The notes under the pieces are model-generated. The model did no database searches, was not told the origin of the DNA, and saw nothing but the letters and a program-made list of their open reading frames with translations. From a virus: DNA of 64,000 nt. Made by a program: the position numbers and the translations under genes. Positions 36,352-46,361 of the stretch are shown piece by piece; position 1 is the first letter of the stretch, and every line of letters begins with the position of its first letter. The DNA lies in IMG/VR virus record IMGVR_UViG_3300011335_000775, positions 49,803 to 113,802 of that record; one strand, written 5' to 3'.

Positions 36352-37651
36352 ATTTTTGTAAAAAATCACTCCATTCAGGATAGTGATCTCTGGCGTTCAG
36401 TTTATATGCACTGTCCCAACGACTCAACCACATTACTAATTCTCGCCTGAGATCTTCAGCATTTACAGGCTCGGGTTGTTGTAACATTTGGTAAACTGAA
36501 TGTAATTCATTATACAAGTTAACAGCATTTTGTTCAACCATTCTTGACTGTGACATATCCTGATGTGCGTCACCTGTATGGTTTTGTAATTTTTCTAACA
36601 CACGCTGATATTTAGGCAAATACGATTGACGTATATCCCAGGGCAGTACCGAAACTTGCAAGTATGCTGGATCCCAGCACACATTGTTTTCGGTTATGAT
36701 GTTGTTGTCTAAAAAATATTCTATTAGTTCGGGGAAAGTCGAAACTGATAGTAATGACACAACTGGTTTTAAGCAAATAGCAAATGTATCAGTTCGGTGT
36801 TTTAAATACTTGCTAACATTGGCTAAGAATAATTCTTTGTTTAGCCCTTGCCGAATGTAGTAATTATTGTCTGATATACTTTCTATACTGATATCAATAT
36901 CGGCTCTACGAAATTTCTGCATCTTTTGTACTAGTTCTGGAGAATACAAGGTGCCATTGGTAACAAAACTTATAGCAAAGTCGGTTCGCCCATGCTTGAT
37001 AAAGAAATCAAAAAATTGTTCTAGTCTAGGACTCATAGTGGGTTCGCCACCCATGAAATGCACACTTTGCAAATTTTTTATACTCAAAAGTTCATGACAA
37101 AATTTATCCCAAGTTGCGTCATTATCAGTCCAGTTTATTCTTGTAGGTGTTTTACGATCTAGCAATCCCCAGATTTTGTATTTGCTGGCAATTTGTGTAC
37201 TCACACCAGGATGACAAAATTTGCAGGCCAAATTACATTCGTTGCCCATGTTAATATGAAAGTCAATGGGCATTAGATGATCTACTTTGCCTTGAAATTT
37301 TGACAGGTGGGGACTTTGTGCAAAACTTTCGTCAAATGCTTGCCGGGTAAAAATTACACTGCGCCAGTTCTGAGCAAGACGATAACTGGCATTGCCATGC
37401 TGTTCTTCGGCAGCACACCCAGAGCAAAGATCAATGGGGGTGTCTCCTAACATATTACGACGATATTCATTCATAATGTCGCTGTTGTACCAGTCACTGA
37501 TACTGTGAGTATGTATGTTATATCCAGAATCGGATAGTTTTTGGAACCCAGGAACGTTTGATCTTTCTGCGCAACACATTCCGAACTTACCATCCTGATA
37601 TAATTGAAAATTAAACCAGGGCACGTTGCAAAATATATTTTTATTAGCCAT
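36323..37651 (-). CDS. Radical SAM enzyme with N-terminal SPASM/Twitch-like Cys cluster
   Basis: CNLACKFC, GGEP, TNGT; FC..PW...CC...C..C N-terminus. Confidence 0.88.
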   Translation of the reverse strand: MANKNIFCNVPWFNFQLYQDGKFGMCCAERSNVPGFQKLSDSGYNIHTHSISDWYNSDIMNEYRRNMLGDTPIDLCSGCAAEEQHGNASYRLAQNWRSVIFTRQAFDESFAQSPHLSKFQGKVDHLMPIDFHINMGNECNLACKFCHPGVSTQIASKYKIWGLLDRKTPTRINWTDNDATWDKFCHELLSIKNLQSVHFMGGEPTMSPRLEQFFDFFIKHGRTDFAISFVTNGTLYSPELVQKMQKFRRADIDISIESISDNNYYIRQGLNKELFLANVSKYLKHRTDTFAICLKPVVSLLSVSTFPELIEYFLDNNIITENNVCWDPAYLQVSVLPWDIRQSYLPKYQRVLEKLQNHTGDAHQDMSQSRMVEQNAVNLYNELHSVYQMLQQPEPVNAEDLRRELVMWLSRWDSAYKLNARDHYPEWSDFLQKYDYKISHTH

Positions 37652-37759
37652 ATATCTATTTATTAGCATCAATTGTTACTGCAATATTTACTCTGAGTTG
37701 GATGGGCACACGCCGGGAGGAAATGTTGTTCTATCACTTTTCAATCACAACAAGATTTA

Positions 37760-37815
37760 TGTTGTAAAAAAACCACAATTTTCTGGTTGACCGGATTTGT
37801 CAAATCCACTATAAT
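37760..37815 (+). promoter_or_regulatory. TGTTG-N8-CCACA element plus early promoter
   Basis: TTGACC(37787)-17-TATAAT(37810), followed by ACATACAT. Confidence 0.8.
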
Positions 37816-37848
37816 ACATACATACGCAGCAACAAACCGGAGTTAGAT

Positions 37849-38079
37849 ATGAATCTTAATATTAACGACACAGTTTCTTGGTCTTGTGCAGCAGGTAATC
37901 TTGAAGGTGTTATCACCAACATCTGCTTGAATCTCAATGCTGCTGAACAAACGGTTCCTTGGATTGATATTGCAGTCATTGGTCAGGTCACTGGTCATGT
38001 TTATTCGGTCCGCCTGTGTGCTACTCATAGCAACCTCAAAATGATGCGTGTTGTTAAAATTGAAACTGAAACTGTTTAA
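37849..38079 (+). CDS. Hypothetical early protein
   Basis: SD GGAG after the promoter. Confidence 0.65.
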   Translation: MNLNINDTVSWSCAAGNLEGVITNICLNLNAAEQTVPWIDIAVIGQVTGHVYSVRLCATHSNLKMMRVVKIETETV

Positions 38080-38088
38080 GGAACTATC

Positions 38089-38361
38089 ATGAACATTAGT
38101 CAAATTAATTCAACTATCATTGCTGGCACATTTACCAATGACGAACTCACCAGCATTGTTGATGCTGTGAAGTTTGCTCGGGCACGCCTGACAGAAAAGA
38201 ACAAGCGAGCTCTGTGTGTAGGAGAAGCTGTTGAGTTTACCAACAGTCGCACCGGAATGACTGTGAAAGGAAAAGTTCGCAAGATTGCAATCAAGTTTGT
38301 TACCGTGGACACTGGACAAACTCTGTGGAAGGTGCCTGCTAACATGTTGCGGGCTGCTTAA
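38089..38361 (+). CDS. SH3/KOW-like small phage protein
   Basis: VG..V.F...G.V.K...K...V....W.VP..ML. Confidence 0.65.
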   Translation: MNISQINSTIIAGTFTNDELTSIVDAVKFARARLTEKNKRALCVGEAVEFTNSRTGMTVKGKVRKIAIKFVTVDTGQTLWKVPANMLRAA

Positions 38362-38382
38362 TTAATTACAAAGGAAAGTATT

Positions 38383-38601
38383 ATGAAACTCATTATTGAA
38401 GCCGTTGGAGCGTTTGTTGGCCTTATTGCGGTTGCTCTGTTACTGAGCTTTGTGATGGCATGGCCAGTGATGGCTCTGTGGAATGGCTGCTTGGTTGGTG
38501 CCATGGACGGGGTCCGAGAGATTGGTTGGCTACAAGCATGGGGTATACAGTTCTTGTTCAACTGCCTGTTTAAGACTTCTATCTCTACCAAGAAAGACTG
38601 A
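38383..38601 (+). CDS. Small membrane protein
   Basis: TM + LWN...I.W.QAWG motif. Confidence 0.65.
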   Translation: MKLIIEAVGAFVGLIAVALLLSFVMAWPVMALWNGCLVGAMDGVREIGWLQAWGIQFLFNCLFKTSISTKKD

Positions 38602-38602
38602 A

Positions 38603-38770
38603 ATGATATCACCATTCCGCACTTGGTTAGCTGAGCTGTGGCGCAACAATTGTGAAGAATTAGATGGCTACGGCCAACCGCGCTATACCTTGCAAGAATA
38701 CTTTGCTCGACACAAATGGTGGCTCAAACGTGAATATCAATATCAGCGTGGTGCCCGGCGCCTAAGCTAA
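38603..38770 (+). CDS. Hypothetical protein
   Basis: FR.W...W..N.EE...YF..KWWLKREY. Confidence 0.6.
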   Translation: MISPFRTWLAELWRNNCEELDGYGQPRYTLQEYFARHKWWLKREYQYQRGARRLS

Positions 38771-38779
38771 GGAACAACA

Positions 38780-39127
38780 ATGAAATGGTTTTCTGAAATC
38801 ACTGAATGGAAAGGTACTGCACCCAATCATGTGTATCTCATGGATGATTCCAAAAGCAAGATGTTTGCTTATGTTCCAGTGGGAGCTGATCAACCAACCA
38901 TCTTCAAAAAACCCATACGCATTGATGTGCGTGGTCGCAAGTTCAAACTGAATCCTGTGCAGTTCAAGACAGCGATCAAACCCGAACAGCCCGAAGGCCG
39001 TACATGGGAAGTGCAAGGCAGCAAGGGTGATGTTTACAAAGTAAGCGAAGTTCGTGGAGAGTATTCATGTTCATGCAGTGGTTTTAAATTCCGTGGTGAT
39101 TGCAAACATGTGAAAAGTGTAAAATGA
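38780..39127 (+). CDS. SWIM zinc-finger protein
   Basis: V.GSKG..Y.V...CSC.GF..R..CKH. Confidence 0.8.
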   Translation: MKWFSEITEWKGTAPNHVYLMDDSKSKMFAYVPVGADQPTIFKKPIRIDVRGRKFKLNPVQFKTAIKPEQPEGRTWEVQGSKGDVYKVSEVRGEYSCSCSGFKFRGDCKHVKSVK

Positions 39128-39344
39128 TCCTGCTGTACATCCTGTTGGGATTGTACGTTTTAGAAATCACTGTTGGATTGTTTATCAGTTGGGCAATACA
39201 ACGTTACGGTACCTTTGGTCCTGAATATGAGCATATAACGATAAAACCACCCCAAAATCGCATCTAAATCCTGCCATTGTGTGCAGCATCTGTAAATATA
39301 TTCAGTACATTATAACAGGTGTGCGTAACAAAGGAGTTTATTTT

Positions 39345-39575
39345 ATGGACAATGTAATGGTAAAGGCCACCGGTCTTTTAAACGGTATCATCGATATCGG
39401 CATCAAGTTAATCGCTGCTGGCGTAATTCTGCAAATCCTATTTGGTGCCGCAGTTCCCTTCTTGGCAATTGACGTCACCTCAAGTGTGATCAAATTCGTG
39501 GGTGCCCTTGGTAGCCAAGGTTTGGTTGGTCTTGCTGCATTAGCAGTGATCTATTGGTCCTTCACCAAGAAGTAA
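39345..39575 (+). CDS. Small membrane protein
   Basis: LQILFG..VPFL...LG..GLVGL; SD AAGGAG; TAAATA upstream. Confidence 0.7.
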   Translation: MDNVMVKATGLLNGIIDIGIKLIAAGVILQILFGAAVPFLAIDVTSSVIKFVGALGSQGLVGLAALAVIYWSFTKK

Positions 39576-39594
39576 ATTCCAGTAGCACAAATTA

Positions 39595-39619
39595 AAAAGC
39601 CCCTTCCGGGGCTTTTTTT
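39595..39619. terminator. Bidirectional terminator
   Basis: AAAAGCCCC-TTCC-GGGGCTTTTTT between convergent genes. Confidence 0.85.
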
Positions 39620-40079
39620 ATGCAGCGTCTACAAACTTTTTGCTTCTCTGAGTCATTGATATTTTCCTTTTGGTCTCCTCAGATTGGACCCTTCCTGGTT
39701 TTCCTTTCTTAGACATGCTCATTTTAAGTCTTGCCTCTTCAGACTGTTTACGACCCTTAAACCCAACCATGTTTTCTTTTATTTTTTGTCTATGGGAAAT
39801 AGATAGTTTTTTACCAATCGGATTTGGTGGTAATCCACCACCTTCGGCAATGTTTAAACCAATGTTGCGTGTTGGACGCAACGATTTTTCTACTTGTTTA
39901 CAATAGAGTTTATCACCATAAAGAAAAACATCTACTGTTCTGTTGTCCAGAAAGTTATGTTTTCTTCTGTGTTCTTTAAGTCTGCGAGTTAGATCTTTAG
40001 TAATACCAACATAGCCTTGTGTTTCTATGTTGGTTTCTTGATCACTGTGGATCCAGTAGATTAGATATTCCTGATACAT
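39618..40079 (-). CDS. GIY-YIG/NUMOD3 homing endonuclease-like protein
   Basis: IYWI...YVGIT...RR..EH; N...GG; SEETKRKIS. Confidence 0.8.
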   Translation of the reverse strand: MYQEYLIYWIHSDQETNIETQGYVGITKDLTRRLKEHRRKHNFLDNRTVDVFLYGDKLYCKQVEKSLRPTRNIGLNIAEGGGLPPNPIGKKLSISHRQKIKENMVGFKGRKQSEEARLKMSMSKKGKPGRVQSEETKRKISMTQRSKKFVDAA

Positions 40080-40145
40080 ACACCCTCCTATTGGTTAATG
40101 GAATATAGAAAGTGTGTGTGATGTGTGTGTATTTTATTTATCTAA

Positions 40146-40577
40146 TCACTTATAGATGTAGTTGATGGTGTTGATATTTTCACGCAGTTCCCGAGCACCA
40201 TTCTTGATATGGAAACGACGAGCCATTTCAGTCTTGGGACTCAGCGTTACATAAGTCTGTATACCCGGAAACTCATGTTCGATTGATTTCTGTGCTTCTT
40301 GAATCAAAGTACGCCCTGCACCTGCTGCATAACTCCAGATGGTATAAAATACCGCAGTTGTGGCACTCCCAACCAATGCAGCCATATCTTCCACAGCAGC
40401 AGGTACATTCTCTAAAAACTTCACACAGGTCACAGCAGCAGTTTCATCACCATTTTTCCAAACATAGATTCGACTGTTACTATTCACACGGTCGCTGAGA
40501 GGGATCTCTGGTCTTACAGGATCATCTTTTATCAAAGACAATAGATATTCGTTGGGTTGTGTCAAGGTATGTAACAT
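40146..40577 (-). CDS. GNAT-fold-like conserved phage protein
   Basis: DDPVRP, FYTIWSY..GAG, VTLSP.T.MA..FH..NGA. Confidence 0.65.
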   Translation of the reverse strand: MLHTLTQPNEYLLSLIKDDPVRPEIPLSDRVNSNSRIYVWKNGDETAAVTCVKFLENVPAAVEDMAALVGSATTAVFYTIWSYAAGAGRTLIQEAQKSIEHEFPGIQTYVTLSPKTEMARRFHIKNGARELRENINTINYIYK

Positions 40578-40729
40578 GGGTGCCTCCGGTTACATTGTTA
40601 TTTATGTGCGCCGTTTATTTTTTAGATATTCTGGCAAAATTGATTGCCAAAAAGTGTTGCAATCATGTGACAGATCGCTTATACTACAATCATGCTGTGG
40701 CAACAGCAACTTTATAGGAGATTAAAAAC

Positions 40730-40996
40730 ATGCGTATTAGCGAAAACACCAAGACTCACAAACTGTTCACTGCCCTTCAGGCTGGAGAAAAGGTAAGTCC
40801 AAGCCAAGCCGAAAAGCGTTTTGGCATCAAGAACATTTCGGCTGAAGTCAGCCGTATCCGTCAAAGCGGATTTGCAGTGTATGCAAACCGTCGCATGGCT
40901 GCTAACCATGTTGAAGTTACCGAATACCGTATTGGCAAGCCCAGCCGTGCATTGATTGCAGCTGGCTACAAAGCAATGGCACTTGGCCTGGCCTAA
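40730..40996 (+). CDS. Winged-HTH DNA-binding protein
   Basis: RFGIKN..A.VS.IR..G..VY.N...YR.G.PSR. Confidence 0.7.
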   Translation: MRISENTKTHKLFTALQAGEKVSPSQAEKRFGIKNISAEVSRIRQSGFAVYANRRMAANHVEVTEYRIGKPSRALIAAGYKAMALGLA

Positions 40997-41018
40997 TCCG
41001 GCCCGGTAGGTGGCACAC

Positions 41019-41075
41019 AAAAACCCTGCCTGGCGCAGGGTTTTTCTTGACCGCAAATTGCAGTTCATGTATAAT
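41019..41075 (+). terminator. Terminator followed by a sigma70 promoter
   Basis: AAACCCTGC-CTGGC-GCAGGGTTTTT; TTGACC(41047)-17-TATAAT(41070). Confidence 0.8.
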
Positions 41076-41097
41076 ACAGCAATAAAGGAATTGATCA

Positions 41098-41550
41098 ATG
41101 ATTAAGAAAATCTTCCAAAAGCTAGGTCGACATCGCATCATTCGAGATCGCCTAGACGACGAGCCGTATCTGGAACGCTACTATGTTTTTCTCAAAGACC
41201 GCACCTGGTTTCCATTCAACATCTTTGTGCATAAGTTCTTGAAATCTGATCCAGACGATGTGCATGATCATCCCTGGCCCTTTGCCACTCTGATCCTGCG
41301 TGGTGGTTATTGGGAATGGCGACCACAGTTTGATAGTAAAGGACGCAAGATGGGCGAGATTGCTCGTTGGTGCGGCGCAGGCAGTTTCCGTACAGCCCGA
41401 GCCAATACCTATCACAGGATTGAACTAGATCCTGACATCACTTGCTGGACCTTGTTTATGCCCGGTATCAAACAACGTGATTGGGGTTTCTTGGTCAAGA
41501 ACAAGTGGGTACAGTGGGAACAATATTTGAAACAAAGGAAACTAGCATGA
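41098..41550 (+). CDS. Cupin-fold protein
   Basis: HDHPW...IL.GGY.E...HRIEL...WTLF. Confidence 0.75.
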   Translation: MIKKIFQKLGRHRIIRDRLDDEPYLERYYVFLKDRTWFPFNIFVHKFLKSDPDDVHDHPWPFATLILRGGYWEWRPQFDSKGRKMGEIARWCGAGSFRTARANTYHRIELDPDITCWTLFMPGIKQRDWGFLVKNKWVQWEQYLKQRKLA

Positions 41551-41867
41551 AATGGTTTAAACGCATGATCACCCGTTGGGTGCGTGAGGATTGGGATACC
41601 GTCAACCAGGAACTTAATCGCAAAGAAGCCAATTTGTCGATCCAAACGGCTCGCGGCCTGATTCGCAGCAACAGTGACACCATCGACGGGAATGTAGGTT
41701 TGAACATCACGGTGATGGCAGCTATAGGTGGCAAGATCATCACATTCCGACACTACGATCGCCGAAAGGATGACAATCAATTCCGTCACTATGTTATTCC
41801 GGATGACCTGGACTTTGAACGCGAATTGGGCAAGATGATCACAATGGAATCGCTTCGGCAGGGGTAA
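41547..41867 (+). CDS. Hypothetical protein
   Basis: A.GG.I.....YD motif; SD AAGGA. Confidence 0.65.
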   Translation: MKWFKRMITRWVREDWDTVNQELNRKEANLSIQTARGLIRSNSDTIDGNVGLNITVMAAIGGKIITFRHYDRRKDDNQFRHYVIPDDLDFERELGKMITMESLRQG

Positions 41868-41874
41868 TTACTGT

Positions 41875-42228
41875 ATGTTAGATTTTTTACTTCCGGTTGT
41901 GATAGGTATCCTTATTGGAGTGGGAATATTTCGATTCATGATCAGGCGAGCAGAGACAATTTCTCCGGAAGCACAAGACACTTTGGCAAAATTGATCAAT
42001 GAAACATTGGTTATTTTGGAGGTGGAACCAGTAAATGAGCAATTTCTGTGTTATAATTACTTTACAAAGGAATTTGTGTGCACCGGAAGAAATATGGAAG
42101 AAATCCGAGATCGATTCTGGCAACGGTATCCTGACAAAGACGCAGCAGTGGCCAAAGGCGATCCTGCTGCACTGCGCATATTGAAACAGCAACTGGAAGT
42201 ATTATATGAAAATCGCACTAGCAAGTGA
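41875..42228 (+). CDS. Single-TM hypothetical protein
   Basis: N-terminal TM; TAATTA-N4-ATG. Confidence 0.6.
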   Translation: MLDFLLPVVIGILIGVGIFRFMIRRAETISPEAQDTLAKLINETLVILEVEPVNEQFLCYNYFTKEFVCTGRNMEEIRDRFWQRYPDKDAAVAKGDPAALRILKQQLEVLYENRTSK

Positions 42229-43099
42229 TGTACATTTGGAATTTGGACCACTAGAACTTCACAACACTGATCAGGCTGATGTATTGATTCTCAGCGGAGA
42301 TATCTGTGTGGCACGTGATCTGTCTGATCGTGATGTACCCAATCTCCTGGGTGAACATACCAAGAGCTATAGATACCACATGTTCTTTGAAAACTGTGCA
42401 GCACAGTTCAAAGACGTGATCTATATTGTAGGCAATCATGAGCACTACAATGGTGACTACGGTACCACCGTGAGTCACATTCGTGAAAAACTGGCCTACA
42501 TGAAGAATCTTCATGTGCTGGAAAAACAAAGCATTAAACTAGATGATGTGACCTTTGTGTGCGGCACATTATGGACTGATATGAACCGGGAAGATCCAAA
42601 TACCTTGTACAGTATTCGTGGCATGATGAATGACTACCGCTGCATCAAGAACAGTCTCAAAATGGTAACATTCAAAAGTCATCAGCCCAATCCAGAACAT
42701 CCAGATGATCCCAGCCGAGACATTGTGACATTTCACGAGCGGCCAGCCACGTTTGCTCCTGAAGATTCTGTGGAAGATCACAAAGCCATGCTCACAGTTA
42801 TTCGTGCAGCAGTGGCAGCAAATCCTGCAGGTAAGTTTGTGGTAGTAGGACATCATTCTCCCAGCAAACTCAGTACCAAGCCACAGTACCAGGATGACGT
42901 CATAGTGAATGGTGCTTACAGTTCAGACTTGAGTGAGTTCATGTTGGATTATCCGCAGATCCGGCTGTGGACACATGGGCACACACATCACAACTTTGAC
43001 TACATGATTGGTGAATGTCGTGTGGTATGTAACCCACGTGGTTACCATGGATATGAGCCACAAGCTGACTCTTGGACTTTGCAAACTTTTGAGGTGTAA
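42206..43099 (+). CDS. Calcineurin-like metallophosphoesterase
   Basis: SDVH, SGD, GNHEHY, GTLWTD, HH.P, HGHTH, CNPRGY. Confidence 0.9.
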   Translation: MKIALASDVHLEFGPLELHNTDQADVLILSGDICVARDLSDRDVPNLLGEHTKSYRYHMFFENCAAQFKDVIYIVGNHEHYNGDYGTTVSHIREKLAYMKNLHVLEKQSIKLDDVTFVCGTLWTDMNREDPNTLYSIRGMMNDYRCIKNSLKMVTFKSHQPNPEHPDDPSRDIVTFHERPATFAPEDSVEDHKAMLTVIRAAVAANPAGKFVVVGHHSPSKLSTKPQYQDDVIVNGAYSSDLSEFMLDYPQIRLWTHGHTHHNFDYMIGECRVVCNPRGYHGYEPQADSWTLQTFEV

Positions 43100-43100
43100 C

Positions 43101-43262
43101 ATGAGAGATGAAAAACTAGTAGCATACACAGTGCGGTGGTCACAGCCGTATCCGGTAGACACAACCATCCGTGAACTGCAAGAAACACTAGAGGAGTTTT
43201 TGCTGGAGCACAGTGACTTCAGTGAATCTCAGCAAGTGCTTGATCGTATCCGGAGCAAATGA
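43101..43262 (+). CDS. Hypothetical protein
   Basis: GAGG SD; coupled. Confidence 0.5.
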   Translation: MRDEKLVAYTVRWSQPYPVDTTIRELQETLEEFLLEHSDFSESQQVLDRIRSK

Positions 43263-43456
43263 TGACTGAACAAAATAACAAAACATGGCAAGTAACTCTT
43301 GAAGAAGCTGACGACGGAAGCGGTGACCTTGTGTTGCCATTCCCGCAGGACATGTTGGATGAAGTAGGTTGGAATCCAGGTGACAATTTGACATGGGTGG
43401 ACCGTGGAGATGGCACTTGGGAAATCCGAAAAGTAGACAACGAAGGTGAAAAATGA
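43259..43456 (+). CDS. AbrB/MazE-like swapped-hairpin protein
   Basis: LP.P...L..VGW..GD.L.W. Confidence 0.7.
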   Translation: MMTEQNNKTWQVTLEEADDGSGDLVLPFPQDMLDEVGWNPGDNLTWVDRGDGTWEIRKVDNEGEK

Positions 43457-44106
43457 AAGTATATCTATCTGGTTATCGCAACCACTGGCTGAGCCCGTAT
43501 ACCATACTAGAGAAGGTGTTCTTCTGGCGTGAGATTGATTACGACGAGCCCGTGATTGAACGTTGGAGTGATCGTCTGAATCCACTGTGTGTGGCTGCAC
43601 AAAAATTTCTGGACTTTGTGCATCCTAAAATTGAGTACGTGAAGATTGATCGTTACGATACCTGGAGCATGGATCATACCCTGGCACATATTGTGTTGCC
43701 CATGCTTCGGCAGTTGATGAGAGACAAGCACGGGGCTCCGTTTGTGGATGATGAAGATGTGCCTGCCGGTATGGGCCTGCGTAGCACAGAAGCAGGGCCC
43801 AAGGAAAACGAGTACGATACTGACGACAACCACTTTAAGCGTTGGGATTGGGTTATGAATGAAATGATCTTTGCATTTGAATCCAAACTGGATGACTCGT
43901 GGGAAGATGCATTCCGTTCAGGCAAGATCGACTGGAAGTCGGTACCAACTGCATGGGATGCCAACGGTAAGCCTACACTTTATAGCATGGAAGATGGCCC
44001 TGACAACACATACAAGTGTGATTATGATGGCATGAAAGTAGTATACGATCGAATTCAAAACGGATTCCGACTGTTCGGTCGATACTATCAAAATCTTTGG
44101 GATTGA
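43453..44106 (+). CDS. Conserved T4-like-phage hypothetical protein
   Basis: DTWSMDHTLA.I.LPML, RWDWV..EMIFAF, GF.LFG.YY..LWD. Confidence 0.75.
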   Translation: MKVYLSGYRNHWLSPYTILEKVFFWREIDYDEPVIERWSDRLNPLCVAAQKFLDFVHPKIEYVKIDRYDTWSMDHTLAHIVLPMLRQLMRDKHGAPFVDDEDVPAGMGLRSTEAGPKENEYDTDDNHFKRWDWVMNEMIFAFESKLDDSWEDAFRSGKIDWKSVPTAWDANGKPTLYSMEDGPDNTYKCDYDGMKVVYDRIQNGFRLFGRYYQNLWD

Positions 44107-44112
44107 GCCCGG

Positions 44113-44346
44113 ATGTTTAAAAATATGGTAGACCAACTGAGTGCTCGTTTTGATGCTAGGGATCTTAAGATTTCACAATCTGACTTTGAACATTGGCAAA
44201 AGCTCTATACCTGGGATGCGTTGAAAGGCATCAAGTATGGTGCAAGTTTTTGCCAGTATTTTGAGATATATGATGCGGTGTTGCAGCTATTTGCTCTCCA
44301 TACAGATGACATAGAAAAGTACATACGAGAATCATATGTGGCATGA
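44113..44346 (+). CDS. Hypothetical protein
   Basis: ORF in operon. Confidence 0.55.
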   Translation: MFKNMVDQLSARFDARDLKISQSDFEHWQKLYTWDALKGIKYGASFCQYFEIYDAVLQLFALHTDDIEKYIRESYVA

Positions 44347-44569
44347 AATTGTGTTTGAGAATACTGGCTCTGCGGATGGCATAGCAATGTTTCATCAATT
44401 GCGTAAAGATGGTCTCCAACCAGGAGTGGACTTTGATTGGAAATACATGCCAATGGGATTTATATCAGCTGCTGAATTACCTGCTGATCAGATCAAAGGA
44501 AAAGCTGTAATATTGATGTTTCAAGATCCAGCCCTAGCAACCTTTTATACTCTAAAGTGGCAGCACTAG
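44336..44569 (+). CDS. F..L(K/R)W family small protein
   Basis: C-terminal FQDPALATFYTLKW. Confidence 0.65.
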   Translation: MWHEIVFENTGSADGIAMFHQLRKDGLQPGVDFDWKYMPMGFISAAELPADQIKGKAVILMFQDPALATFYTLKWQH

Positions 44570-44596
44570 CAGATAACTGTATATATAATTGCATAC

Positions 44597-44830
44597 ATGC
44601 AAGTTTTAGATCACTATACTGTACGCGACAAGGAAAGTTTTGAATATTCACATGAACTCAAAAAGAAATCAGGCATCCTGGATCATGTGATTGAATGGTG
44701 CAAACAAGAACTGATACATGATTGGCGATGGCACCTGTTGGAGATGAGCAACCATCAGCAACCAGGTAGATATATTTTTTACTTTGACAGCGATAGAGAT
44801 TATTTTGCATTCTTGTTAAAGTGGCAATGA
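44597..44830 (+). CDS. F..L(K/R)W family small protein
   Basis: WC...FYFDSDRDYFAFLLKW. Confidence 0.65.
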   Translation: MQVLDHYTVRDKESFEYSHELKKKSGILDHVIEWCKQELIHDWRWHLLEMSNHQQPGRYIFYFDSDRDYFAFLLKWQ

Positions 44831-44831
44831 A

Positions 44832-45113
44832 ATGAGTACAGAACAAGACCGAATCAAAAAAAACAAGCGCATTCAAAAAGATGAGAATGCTATAAAAAAG
44901 CAAACCAAGATTGCTAAAACTTTTGGAGTGCCAGTCAAGGAACCTCACAAGTTTGCCAAACATCATGCTTTAGATTGTGGTAATCCCAAATGTTTACTCT
45001 GCTCCAGAGAGAAAATATTTGGCGAACCCACCATGCAACAAAAACGATTTGATCAAGATGTGGATCACACATCAGATCGACGCAGTAACGGTTTAATCAA
45101 CAACAAGGAGTAA
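44832..45113 (+). CDS. Basic Cys-motif protein
   Basis: KHHALDCGNPKCLLC. Confidence 0.65.
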   Translation: MSTEQDRIKKNKRIQKDENAIKKQTKIAKTFGVPVKEPHKFAKHHALDCGNPKCLLCSREKIFGEPTMQQKRFDQDVDHTSDRRSNGLINNKE

Positions 45114-45116
45114 CTC

Positions 45117-45323
45117 ATGGACGTGGAAAAAGCAGCTGGCATTTTTGTAGGAACAATCCTGATTGGATTTACCTGTGTGACTGCGGCAGGGGTAGTGGTA
45201 CTGATCAACAACATGTTTGCTCGCTGGTGGAAGCCAGTGCAATTGCTATCTTATCCGTGGACTAACCAAGGCATTTATGCAGAGCCAGTGCAAACACCTG
45301 CTGATCCTATCAAACCCAATTGA
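45117..45323 (+). CDS. Small membrane protein
   Basis: TM helix; SD AAGGAG. Confidence 0.6.
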   Translation: MDVEKAAGIFVGTILIGFTCVTAAGVVVLINNMFARWWKPVQLLSYPWTNQGIYAEPVQTPADPIKPN

Positions 45324-45360
45324 GATCCATATGCCAAGATGGCGTTGTAAAGTAGGAACC

Positions 45361-45585
45361 ATGCTGATAAAAATTGACAACCTCACACGGGCACAGTGCA
45401 TGATGCTGGATGAAATTTGGAACTGTGTCACACAAGATGAATTTCTTTCCTGGTATGAAAACCTCGATGACCAAGACCAAGTGCAAGCTGACACGTTAAT
45501 GCGTCTCTTAGCATATGAGACCATAGAGCTCAACATCAAGAACTTCAACTCAGCCAAGCAAGTGCTAAAGCAATTTCAATTATGA
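45361..45585 (+). CDS. Hypothetical protein
   Basis: AGGA SD; ATGA-coupled. Confidence 0.6.
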   Translation: MLIKIDNLTRAQCMMLDEIWNCVTQDEFLSWYENLDDQDQVQADTLMRLLAYETIELNIKNFNSAKQVLKQFQL

Positions 45586-45938
45586 AACAAGACCAAGAAG
45601 AACCACGCATGCGAGCGTTTGCTGTGATGTGGGATTGCAACGGACTAGAATCCATTGGAGAGATTGTTGACCCCGCCATGAAGTCCTGGGCCATATTAGG
45701 CAACAAGTCTGTGCCCAGAGAAAACTTTAACCTCGAGCACTGGAAGCTACGGGCACGATTCAATACACAACGTCATTATGAAATCTACGCCATTGGTGTG
45801 GATGGTAATATTTCTAAAGAAGACCTTGTGGAAATGTTCACTCAAGATCCACAATACGCAGCTGATTTGATCCGGTCACGGGGAGAAAAAATCTACAGTG
45901 ATCGCAGAACTTCTGACGAAAAAATAGCAATTGTATAA
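45582..45938 (+). CDS. Hypothetical protein
   Basis: WDC.GLE...RAR.N.QRHYEIY motif. Confidence 0.65.
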   Translation: MKQDQEEPRMRAFAVMWDCNGLESIGEIVDPAMKSWAILGNKSVPRENFNLEHWKLRARFNTQRHYEIYAIGVDGNISKEDLVEMFTQDPQYAADLIRSRGEKIYSDRRTSDEKIAIV

Positions 45939-46331
45939 ATGTTTTCTGAATTGTTTGAAGGCGCAGTTGAGCCTACTAAAGTTTGCGGAATGTGTTTAAA
46001 AAATTTGCCATTGAATAGATTTGGTAAAGATGGTGGTGCAACTTATCTAAGATATGAATGCAAATCCTGTGCAAAAACACAAGCTAGAATAATAGCAACC
46101 ATCAAGAAATCAGCACCGGCTATTCCAAAAGATTATCGATGTCCAATTTGTCTTAGAAATGAACAAGAAGCAAAAGGGCATAATCCAAACAAAAAGGGAA
46201 TCTGGTGTGCAGATCACGACCACAAAACCAACGTATTTCGTGGTTGGTTGTGTCATAAATGTAATTTAGGTTTAGGTAACATGAATGATGACATATCAAG
46301 GTTAAAAAGAGCAATCGAATACCTAAATTAG
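45939..46331 (+). CDS. Endonuclease VII-family HNH nuclease
   Basis: CPIC...DHDH.T..FRGWLC..CN..LG. Confidence 0.85.
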   Translation: MFSELFEGAVEPTKVCGMCLKNLPLNRFGKDGGATYLRYECKSCAKTQARIIATIKKSAPAIPKDYRCPICLRNEQEAKGHNPNKKGIWCADHDHKTNVFRGWLCHKCNLGLGNMNDDISRLKRAIEYLN

Positions 46332-46332
46332 G

Positions 46333-46361
46333 TTGACCAATATAGTAGAGTCTGCTATAAT
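46333..46361 (+). promoter_or_regulatory. Sigma70 promoter
   Basis: TTGACC-17-TATAAT. Confidence 0.75.

Noticed and set aside
40100-40132. (TG)n tract upstream of the GIY-YIG gene
   Set aside because: Short; best explained as an unstructured CA-rich leader after a TAAATA motif on the minus strand.
43259-43456. MazEF-type toxin-antitoxin pair
   Set aside because: No recognisable toxin adjacent to the AbrB/MazE-like gene.
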